A stretch of 12,880 nt of DNA from NCBI GenBank assembly GCA_043805855.1, contig JAZDHP010000004.1, forward strand, positions 1 through 12,880, read 5' to 3'. Both the position numbers and the translations under genes were made by a program. Source of the DNA: Candidatus Micrarchaeota archaeon (GTDB lineage: Archaea > Micrarchaeota > Micrarchaeia > Norongarragalinales > UBA8480). Below the pieces are notes generated by a model, which saw nothing but the letters and a program-made list of their open reading frames with translations, had not been told where the DNA came from and did not search any database. Positions 6,805 to 12,880 of this stretch are shown here, piece by piece; position 1 is the stretch's first letter, and each line of letters begins with the position of its first letter.

Positions 6805-7017
6805 TTATTGTCTCGCGGCGAGTTTAATATCTTGAGCAGTTACTGTTTTCCTGCCAGCGTGTCGAGCAAGTTGAGAAGCCTTTTGTGCTAAGTCCAAAGC
6901 GTAGTTTTCCAAAACGTCTCCCAGCGCTTCAGCTGCTTCTGGCGAAACCCTCTCTGCCCCTGCTTTTCTAATTAACCTTTCAATTGGCGCAACCGGTAGA
7001 TTTGCCTTTGTTTCCAT
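6805..7017 (-). CDS. Archaeal histone (HMfA/HMfB-like, 70 aa)
   Basis: LPVAPIERLIRKAGAERVS...LARHAGRKTVTAQDIKLA is the canonical archaeal histone fold. Start moved to ATG 7017 (METKANLP), preceded by AAGGTG SD. Confidence 0.95.
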   Translation of the reverse strand: METKANLPVAPIERLIRKAGAERVSPEAAEALGDVLENYALDLAQKASQLARHAGRKTVTAQDIKLAARQ

Positions 7018-7078
7018 AAATAACACCTTCTTCGTGCTTGGATTGTTCCAAACAACGCTATAATTCCTCACAAAACAG

Positions 7079-7095
7079 AATTAAAAGCTTTTCCC
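7079..7095 (-). promoter_or_regulatory. Putative BRE/TATA promoter of the histone gene
   Basis: Minus strand reads GGGAAAAGCTTTTAATT: purine-rich BRE followed by TTTTAA. Confidence 0.5.
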
Positions 7096-7126
7096 GCGAT
7101 TAGCGTCACTTTTTGTACTTCCTTTA

Positions 7127-7236
7127 CTTAACGAAGCAAGCTTCGTTAAGGCCTTGAGCACAATGCCGCTGCATTGTGACTCAGTCGCAAGGCTTCGAGC
7201 CTTGCGCCGATACGCCTCGCTTGCAAGCGAGGTGTA
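7127..7236 (+). repeat. Intergenic multi-hairpin element, copy C (core 7155-7210)
   Basis: Four stems: CTTAACGAAG 7127-7136/CTTCGTTAAG 7141-7150; CACAATGC 7159-7166/GCATTGTG 7171-7178; CGCAAGGCT 7186-7194/AGCCTTGCG 7198-7206; TACGCCTCGCT 7211-7221/AGCGAGGTGTA 7226-7236. Shares TGAGCACAA...TTGTGACTCAGTC with copy B. Confidence 0.8.
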
Positions 7237-7363
7237 AGTTAACTCTTCCGTCGTTTCGTCGATTTTTCACAACAACCGCAGCGTTTTTTCAATTGTTTTG
7301 ACGGTTTTTTTCGCGTAAATCTTATCTCCCAGCTGGCGGCTTTATCTTGCAAGGGGTTTACAG

Positions 7364-8275
7364 ATGGAAAAAAGCGAAAAGAGTAGTGCAAGTGCGACGT
7401 TGATGTCAGAAGTTTTACTATTTACAACTAATTTCTTTCACAAAAAAGGTTTTCGCCAATTGCTTCCGGTTATTTTGTCGCCAATTACAGACCCGCTTGG
7501 ACCTGATCCAGGAAGTAGTGTTATCAAAACCGGCGAAATTGAATACTTCGGCCAACGGCTTTGCCTTACGCAGTCGATGATTTTGCATAAGCAAATTGCA
7601 GTGAAGCGCGGCTTGGAAAAGTTGTTTATTATTTCGCCAAACGTTCGCTTGGAACACGCTAGCCGAGGAAGTAGTGGCAAGCATTTGTTTGAATTTTCCC
7701 AAGTTGATTTTGAAATCGCACATGCGAAGAAAGAAGATGTTTTCGCGCTGATGGAAGAATTTATGGTTGGAGTTACGAGGCACGTTCGCCGCGAGTGCGC
7801 ACCCGAGCTAACGTTGTTGGGAAGAAAACTGCCTGAAATTAAAACACCGTTTGCGCGTTTCACGACTATGGAGTTGAGGGAAAAGTATGGCGAGGATTGG
7901 GAATTGCCCGCGTCGCGTGAAGCAATGCAACCATTCTGGGCGCTTAGTCACAAGAGAGAGTTTTACGATAAGGAAGATCCACTGCGGCCGGGTCATTTTC
8001 TCAACTATGACTTGATTTACCCTGAAGGTTACGGCGAAGCGCTGTCAGGTGCAGAGCGTGAACACGAATACGCGATTATTGTAAAGAAAATCCAACGCGA
8101 TGCTCTTAAACAAGAAAAGTACGCTGCGTTTCTCAAAGTTGCAGCTGATGGTTTAGTACCTTCTGCAGGCGGCGGTTTCGGAGTTGAACGCTTGGTGCGC
8201 TACCTAGCTGGTGCAAAGCACGTTGGCGACATACAGTTGTTTAGAAGAGTGCCAGGAGAAACGGTTATTGTTTAG
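7364..8275 (+). CDS. asnA: Archaeal asparagine synthetase A (AsnRS-like catalytic core without anticodon-binding domain)
   Basis: PVILSPITDPL, LTQSMILHKQI, SPNVRLE, HLFEFSQVDFE, REFYDKED, NYDLIYPEGYGEALSGAERE and SAGGGFGVERL class II aaRS-like motifs; 303 aa, no OB domain. Confidence 0.92.
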   Translation: MEKSEKSSASATLMSEVLLFTTNFFHKKGFRQLLPVILSPITDPLGPDPGSSVIKTGEIEYFGQRLCLTQSMILHKQIAVKRGLEKLFIISPNVRLEHASRGSSGKHLFEFSQVDFEIAHAKKEDVFALMEEFMVGVTRHVRRECAPELTLLGRKLPEIKTPFARFTTMELREKYGEDWELPASREAMQPFWALSHKREFYDKEDPLRPGHFLNYDLIYPEGYGEALSGAEREHEYAIIVKKIQRDALKQEKYAAFLKVAADGLVPSAGGGFGVERLVRYLAGAKHVGDIQLFRRVPGETVIV

Positions 8276-8329
8276 TTAACCAACAAGCAAACCGCCACTT
8301 TTATAAGTTTGTGCCGTCAAATTGTTGCT

Positions 8330-8767
8330 ATGGATGAGAAAGATAGTATCCTTTTGACGGAATTGCGCCGCGATGGCCGACAGTCAACAGCTCTTATTGC
8401 ACGGAAAACGGGTATTCCGCGGGTTACTGTTCACGATCGGCTGGAAAAACTAAAGAGTAGTGGTGTGATAAAGCGGTTTACGGTTTCGCTGGATTATGAA
8501 AAGCTCGGCAGGCCAGTTACGGTGTTTGTTTTTGTATCTTATTCTTCTACTGCTAAACTCGACCAGCATGAAACAGCGAGGCAAATTAGCGACGTTCCTG
8601 GAGTCGAGGCAGTTCACATTGTTTCCGGCGAGTGGGACTTGTTGTTGAAAATCCGCGCGGCGACGATTAAAGAAGTTGGTGAGCTAATTGTTGATAAAGT
8701 CAGGCAAATCCCAGGAGTTCACAAGACACTAACAATGGCTTGCTTTGAAACTGTGAAAGAAGAGTAG
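8330..8767 (+). CDS. Lrp/AsnC family transcriptional regulator
   Basis: MDEKDSILLTELRRDGR...TVHDRLEKLKSSGVIKRF HTH and VHIVSGEWDLLLKI RAM domain. Start moved to ATG 8330; TTTTATAA at 8299-8306 implies a leaderless mRNA. Confidence 0.93.
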   Translation: MDEKDSILLTELRRDGRQSTALIARKTGIPRVTVHDRLEKLKSSGVIKRFTVSLDYEKLGRPVTVFVFVSYSSTAKLDQHETARQISDVPGVEAVHIVSGEWDLLLKIRAATIKEVGELIVDKVRQIPGVHKTLTMACFETVKEE

Positions 8768-8840
8768 TACTAAGATGGGCTTTAGCTAAACCATTGCTTT
8801 TTCTTTTTTCCCTGTATTACAATTAGCGTTTAATTGAATT

Positions 8841-10379
8841 ATGTTTGACTTTGCTTCGCTGTTGTTAAAAGGTTTCGAGCCACGGCAATACCAGTTAGAT
8901 GCGGCGCAAAGCGTGTTGGATAAAGGCAACACTCTTGTTGTTATGCCGACTGCGCTTGGGAAAACTTACGTTGCACTTCTCGTGCTCGCGAAAGTGCTTA
9001 AAGATAAGCCAACTAATCGCGCTTTATTTTTAGCGCCGACCAAACCCTTAGCAGCGCAGCAGTTGAAAAAAATTCAAGAAACTCTAGATTTGGATGAAGA
9101 AAGCGCAGCGTTGCTCACTGGAGAGTTGTCTCCAACTAAACGTGAGCCGTTGCTAAAATCGCTGCGCGTTATTTGTGCAACTCCACAGGCAATTGAAAAC
9201 GACGTACTCGCTGGCAAAATTCATTTGAAAGATTTTGTGTTGATTGTTTTCGACGAAGTGCACCGCGCGGTCGGGGATTATTCCTATTCTTTCATCGCGC
9301 AAACTGCGGCAAGATGTGTGCCGTCGCCAATATTGTTAGGGTTAACTGCTTCGCCTTCTTCAGAGCGGGCAAAAATCAAGGAAATTTGCAATAATTTATT
9401 GTGCCGTAACATTTTTGTGCGTAGCGACCGCGACGAAGAAGTGCAAAAATACACGCAACCGGTAAAAGTAGAGTGGGAGTTCATTACGCTTCCTAGCGAG
9501 ATGAAAGAAATTCGCGATACGCTTACTGACATGCTACGCGATATTTTACGCGAATTAAAGCAAGGTAATTTCATCGAATCTGCAGATGTTAATCAAATTA
9601 ATAAAAAAGATTTACTCGTGCTGAGAAGTAAAATTGTAAAGGATTTGCAGAAAAATCCAATTGGCTATCGTGCGCTTTCGTTACAAGCAAAAGCGCTTTC
9701 AATAACGCACGCGCTTGACCTTCTCGACGCGCAAGGTTTGTCGTCACTACTTGCTTTTCTCCAGTCAATTTCCAAACGCACTAAACCTAGCAAAGCTTCG
9801 CGTGAACTCGCGGCTGATTTTCGCTTGCAAAAAGCAATTGTGATTACAGAAAAATTACTCAAGAGTGGGATTGACCACCCGAAGTTTTCAGTGCTACAAA
9901 GTATTGTCGAAGCTGCGAACAAGCAAGACCAAAGTGTAATTGTGTTCGCGCATTTCCGGGATAGTGTTGAAAAGATTGTAAAAATGTTCAGCGATAACAA
10001 AATCGCCGTAGCGGCACTTGTTGGACGCGCGATGAAAAACGGTTCGGGAATGACGCAGAAAAAGCAACTTAGTGTTATTGAAAAGTTCAAAAACCGCGAG
10101 TTCAAAGTTTTAGTTTGCACTAGTGTCGGCGAAGAAGGGCTTGATCTCACTACGGTCGATCTTGTTGTGTTTTTTGAAGCTGTGCCTTCTGAAATTCGTT
10201 TAATTCAACGCCGTGGCCGTGCTGGGAGAACAAAAAGCGGAAAAGTAATTGTACTCGTTGCCAAGGGAACAAAAGACGAAGCGTTTCACTGGATTTCGCG
10301 TCGCAAAGAAAAGAAGATGGGTGAAGTGTTGAAAAACCTCCCACAGTTACAGTTAGGAGATTTTGGTGAACAAGAATGA
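8841..10379 (+). CDS. hef: Hef/FANCM(Mph1)-like SF2 helicase (helicase portion only)
   Basis: EPRQYQ Q-motif, MPTALGKT, FLAPTKPL, FDEVHRAVGDY, LGLTASP, HPK, TSVGEEGLD, SEIRLIQRRGRAGR; ends in PIP-like QLQLGDF. Confidence 0.92.
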   Translation: MFDFASLLLKGFEPRQYQLDAAQSVLDKGNTLVVMPTALGKTYVALLVLAKVLKDKPTNRALFLAPTKPLAAQQLKKIQETLDLDEESAALLTGELSPTKREPLLKSLRVICATPQAIENDVLAGKIHLKDFVLIVFDEVHRAVGDYSYSFIAQTAARCVPSPILLGLTASPSSERAKIKEICNNLLCRNIFVRSDRDEEVQKYTQPVKVEWEFITLPSEMKEIRDTLTDMLRDILRELKQGNFIESADVNQINKKDLLVLRSKIVKDLQKNPIGYRALSLQAKALSITHALDLLDAQGLSSLLAFLQSISKRTKPSKASRELAADFRLQKAIVITEKLLKSGIDHPKFSVLQSIVEAANKQDQSVIVFAHFRDSVEKIVKMFSDNKIAVAALVGRAMKNGSGMTQKKQLSVIEKFKNREFKVLVCTSVGEEGLDLTTVDLVVFFEAVPSEIRLIQRRGRAGRTKSGKVIVLVAKGTKDEAFHWISRRKEKKMGEVLKNLPQLQLGDFGEQE

Positions 10380-11065
10380 CGAATTCCGTTGAATTTAATT
10401 TAGGGGAAATAAAAGCAGCTGGCAAGCCGCTTATTTTTGTTGATGATCGTGAGTTGAAAAGCGAAACTGCAAAAACGCTATTTAAGTTAGGTGCGTCGCT
10501 TCGTCCGCAGCGTTTGGAAGTTTCAGATTTTATTTTATCTCCTCGAGTTGCAATTGAAAGAAAAACAGCAGCTGATTTTGAGGGTAGTGTAATTGATGGG
10601 AGATTATTTGAACAAGTGAAGAACCTTTTGGAAAACGTCGAACGGCCGCTGCTGTGCGTTGTTGGAAAAGAATTCCAACGCCTCAACGCAAAGGCAATGC
10701 GCGGCGTTGTGATTTCGCTTGTTGTAGATTTTAGTTTGCCTGTTTTGTTTTTCGAAAGCGAAAAGGAACTCGCGGAATTTTTATATCATGTTGCTGAGAA
10801 GGAGCAATTGAAAGAACACAAGGAGCAAAAATTGCGTTTTGGTAGAAAAGGGGCGACGATTGCCGAGAAGCAGCAGTTCATTGTCGAGAGTTTGCCGATG
10901 GTGGGCCCCAACGCAGCGAAGAAATTACTCGAACATTTTGGAAGCGTCGAGGCAATTTTCAAAGCAGATGAAAAAGCACTTCAAGAAGTTGACTTAATTG
11001 GAAAGGAAAAAGCAAAAGAAATTAGAAATATAATTTGCACGAAGTTTGGTAGTGAATTGGTTTAA
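10376..11065 (+). CDS. xpf: ERCC4/XPF nuclease with C-terminal HhH (nuclease portion of Hef)
   Basis: IFVDDRE, SDF, IERKTAADF, DGRLFEQ nuclease motifs; SLPMVGP...LLEHFGS...IGKEKA tandem HhH; own GGTGA SD at 10365-10369. Confidence 0.92.
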   Translation: MTNSVEFNLGEIKAAGKPLIFVDDRELKSETAKTLFKLGASLRPQRLEVSDFILSPRVAIERKTAADFEGSVIDGRLFEQVKNLLENVERPLLCVVGKEFQRLNAKAMRGVVISLVVDFSLPVLFFESEKELAEFLYHVAEKEQLKEHKEQKLRFGRKGATIAEKQQFIVESLPMVGPNAAKKLLEHFGSVEAIFKADEKALQEVDLIGKEKAKEIRNIICTKFGSELV

Positions 11066-11079
11066 TTGACTACTTTGTT

Positions 11080-11643
11080 TTATTTTGAAACGTTGGTTTC
11101 ATCTTTTTCAATTGGTATTTCCTTCGCCGGTTCAGGAATATCTATATCTCCAACTGTGATTTGAAACTCTTCGTGGAATTTCTTCGTTGGTTTTAGCCGC
11201 CACGAGTGGCCGAGTTTTTGCCTCTCGAGATAACCTTTCTCGCGTAACTCGCCAACATACTCATAAATATCTCCCTTGAAATATTTGCGCAAATCACTCT
11301 GCGTTAACTCTCCCTTTTTTGCGATTAACGCAAGCATTTTCATCGACTTGCGGTGTAACTCAATCTTGCCAGCTAACTGCGCAACGCTAGGGAGCCACTT
11401 GGCCTTTATCTGCATTGTTGCGGTTTTCGTTTCGCTATTTATTGTAATTTCAACTGCTCTATCGCTAGATTCGTAGGATTTTGCCAATTCGTTTAACGCT
11501 GCTAGCGCGTCTTCCTCGTTTGTCTTAGTTAATTCAGCCAACTCTACAAAAGTCAACGCCTTGTTCGCCATGAAAAGGCTAGCTTCAATTACGCGTTGTA
11601 CTTTGTAACTGTTCTCCTCTTGCTCGAAACGAGTTTGTTGCAT
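11080..11643 (-). CDS. scpB: SMC-Scp complex subunit ScpB
   Basis: VIEASLFMANKALT, LNELAKSY, MKMLALIA...TQSDL and PTKKFHEEF: tandem winged-helix pattern of ScpB. Confidence 0.88.
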   Translation of the reverse strand: MQQTRFEQEENSYKVQRVIEASLFMANKALTFVELAELTKTNEEDALAALNELAKSYESSDRAVEITINSETKTATMQIKAKWLPSVAQLAGKIELHRKSMKMLALIAKKGELTQSDLRKYFKGDIYEYVGELREKGYLERQKLGHSWRLKPTKKFHEEFQITVGDIDIPEPAKEIPIEKDETNVSK

Positions 11644-11666
11644 ATTCTTACGTTACTCTATTTCTA

Positions 11667-11716
11667 CTTTTAAACACTGTGCCGGCTATACCGCAGTAGC
11701 GCAACGGTTTTATACT
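11667..11716. promoter_or_regulatory. Divergent TATA boxes for scpB (-) and rps2 (+)
   Basis: Minus-strand TTTAAAAG at about 11667-11674, roughly 25 nt from the scpB ATG; plus-strand TTTTATAC at about 11708-11715. Confidence 0.45.
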
Positions 11717-11814
11717 CGTGGTTTTCCATCTATTGCAGGCAGTTTCATCTAAGCAAACTGTACTAAATTCCCAATGGTAATACGGCGGGAGTAAAAAATT
11801 AGGTGTTTTAGTTA

Positions 11815-12405
11815 ATGGTAAGTTTCCTTGTCCCGCAAGAAAAGTTTTTAGAAACAGGTATGCACATTGGTACCCGCACGAAGAACGGTGCAATGCGTCG
11901 CTTTATTTACAAAGCAAGAGAAGATGGTTTGCACGTTTTGGACCTCAAAAAGACCAACGAACGCATTTTCGACGTTGCTAATTTCATTGCTAAGTATCCT
12001 CTAAATAAATTTTACATTGTTGGCAACAAGGAAAACGCGCGAAAGGCAATTGACAAGTTTTCAGAATTAACTGGCTGCCAAGCGCTTTCAACTCGATTTA
12101 CTCCTGGTAGGTTCACCAACCCGGCGAGGAACGACTTTGTCGAGCCTGAACTAGTTATGGTTGTTGACCCGGCTGTTGACAAACAAGCGGTAAAAGAAGC
12201 TTTTGAAATTAACGTTCCAGTAATTGCTATATGTGATACGAACAACTCGCTAAAATGCATTGACTTAGCAATTCCAGCTAACAACAAAGGGCGAAAGTCA
12301 ATCGCGCTTATCTTCTGGATACTTGCTCGAGAAGTGCTCAAAGCCCAAGGCCGCATATTAAGCGACGACCAATACTTAACGCAAATTGAAGAATTTGAAG
12401 CGTAA
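11815..12405 (+). CDS. rps2: 30S ribosomal protein S2 (uS2, archaeal type)
   Basis: GMHIGT, FIYKAREDGLHVLD, RFTPGRFTNP, EPEL, DKQAVKEA, CDTNN, IPANNKGRKSIAL; AGGTG SD upstream. Confidence 0.97.
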   Translation: MVSFLVPQEKFLETGMHIGTRTKNGAMRRFIYKAREDGLHVLDLKKTNERIFDVANFIAKYPLNKFYIVGNKENARKAIDKFSELTGCQALSTRFTPGRFTNPARNDFVEPELVMVVDPAVDKQAVKEAFEINVPVIAICDTNNSLKCIDLAIPANNKGRKSIALIFWILAREVLKAQGRILSDDQYLTQIEEFEA

Positions 12406-12406
12406 T

Positions 12407-12775
12407 TTAGAGAATTTCTACGTTTTCCAAACCGCGGAAGTCGTTGTCAGAAGTAATTAGTTTAACTTTGCTTAGCTTTGCCGTTGCGTAAATTAGCGAG
12501 TCAGCCAAGGCTAGTTTTTTTGCAGCGTTTGTTTTAGACGCTTCAATAGCTATTTCTTTTGAAACTTCAATTATATTGCATCTTGTCAAAAGATAGTTTT
12601 TTTTCTCCTCAGCTTCGCCGGGCCAACTTCTTAAATATTTTGCGTAAATCTCAATGAGATTAATTGGAGATAGGATTATTTCTTCTTGAGAATTTAAATA
12701 ATTTCGAACAAGTCCGCCTTTCTCTTCGCCCAAAAAATAATTAAGCCAAGCGGACGAATCAATCAAAACGGTCAT
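12407..12775 (-). CDS. vapC: VapC family PIN-domain toxin
   Basis: VLIDSSAW, NLIEI, LALADSLIYATA and LITSDNDF supply the conserved acidic PIN residues; 122 aa. Confidence 0.9.
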   Translation of the reverse strand: MTVLIDSSAWLNYFLGEEKGGLVRNYLNSQEEIILSPINLIEIYAKYLRSWPGEAEEKKNYLLTRCNIIEVSKEIAIEASKTNAAKKLALADSLIYATAKLSKVKLITSDNDFRGLENVEIL

Positions 12776-12880
12776 GTTTATCCCTCAAATCCGCCAGCGA
12801 GTCGCCAGGAGCAAGTTTTGTGCTTCCGAATAAATCCTTTTTTCTACAGAAGAAGTCTGCAAGAATTGTATTCAATGCCT
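12759..12880 (-). CDS. Probable VapB-type antitoxin, 3' end (partial)
   Basis: Minus-strand frame reads ...ALNTILADFFCRKKDLFGSTKLAPGDSLADLRDKHDRFD* (TGA 12761-12759) and overlaps the vapC start by 17 nt; the LFG...LRDxxDR tail resembles archaeal antitoxin C-termini. Not in the ORF track. Confidence 0.7.
   Translation of the reverse strand, partial: ALNTILADFFCRKKDLFGSTKLAPGDSLADLRDKHDRFD

Noticed and set aside
7018..7071. N-terminal tail on the histone (88-aa ORF call)
   Set aside because: The SD-like AAGGTG lies just before ATG 7017, giving a canonical 70-aa histone; the extension starts at a non-ATG codon too close to the TATA box.
534..7210. Integron attC sites, hammerhead ribozyme or C/D-box sRNA
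   Set aside because: No RYYYAAC...GTTRRRY ends or cassette array; no CUGANGA/GAAA core; CTGA occurs but with no RUGAUGA C box.
534..7210. Simple intrinsic terminators
   Set aside because: No adjoining T-tracts, and copies A and C lie between divergent genes where no transcript ends.
490..7236. CRISPR array or mini-array interpretation of the hairpin repeats
   Set aside because: Copies are dispersed, not tandem; the variable parts are 9-14 nt self-complementary tips, not spacers; no cas genes in the window.
7364..8275. Truncated asparaginyl-tRNA synthetase pseudogene
   Set aside because: Absence of the anticodon-binding domain and the ITDPL/SMILHKQ motifs are normal for archaeal AsnA.
11680..11790. 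tRNA upstream of rps2 (GCCGGCTATA...)
   Set aside because: No acceptor-stem partner or T-loop; better explained as divergent promoters plus leader.
7418..12356. Antisense ORFs (7418-7783, 7438-7863, 7808-7996, 9284-9574, 9665-10150, 10150-10686, 11276-11476, 11648-11893, 12012-12356)
   Set aside because: Shadows of asnA, hef, xpf, scpB and rps2; 11648-11893 overlaps rps2 and the divergent promoter region.

Overview
Gene-dense archaeal window. The histone, archaeal uS2, AsnRS-like AsnA, Hef/XPF, ScpB, DUF63 and BRE/TATA promoters place it in Archaea; the many orphans and split genes suggest a DPANN lineage, which is inference only. Left to right: 3' end of a DUF63 gene, two hypotheticals (one a lysine-rich Zn-ribbon protein), a PRC-barrel protein and an orphan. 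Next is a tightly packed minus-strand run: histone -> M14-like Zn hydrolase paralog B -> AbiEi-like wHTH -> AbiEii/MenT-like nucleotidyltransferase -> M14-like paralog A -> atypical protein kinase -> C-terminally truncated NFACT/Rqc2. Then asnA, an Lrp/AsnC regulator, Hef split into helicase and ERCC4 nuclease genes, scpB, rps2 and a VapC PIN toxin with a partial antitoxin. Two things stand out. (1) A 52-56 nt double-hairpin element occurs three times in intergenic gaps (534-585 inverted, 1192-1247, 7155-7210), with compensatory base changes, variable stem tips and extra flanking hairpins. (2) A type IV TA-like pair sits between two paralogous putative Zn-hydrolases whose basic C-terminal 35 residues are almost invariant despite many synonymous changes. 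All family assignments come from motif recognition by eye; no database searches were run.
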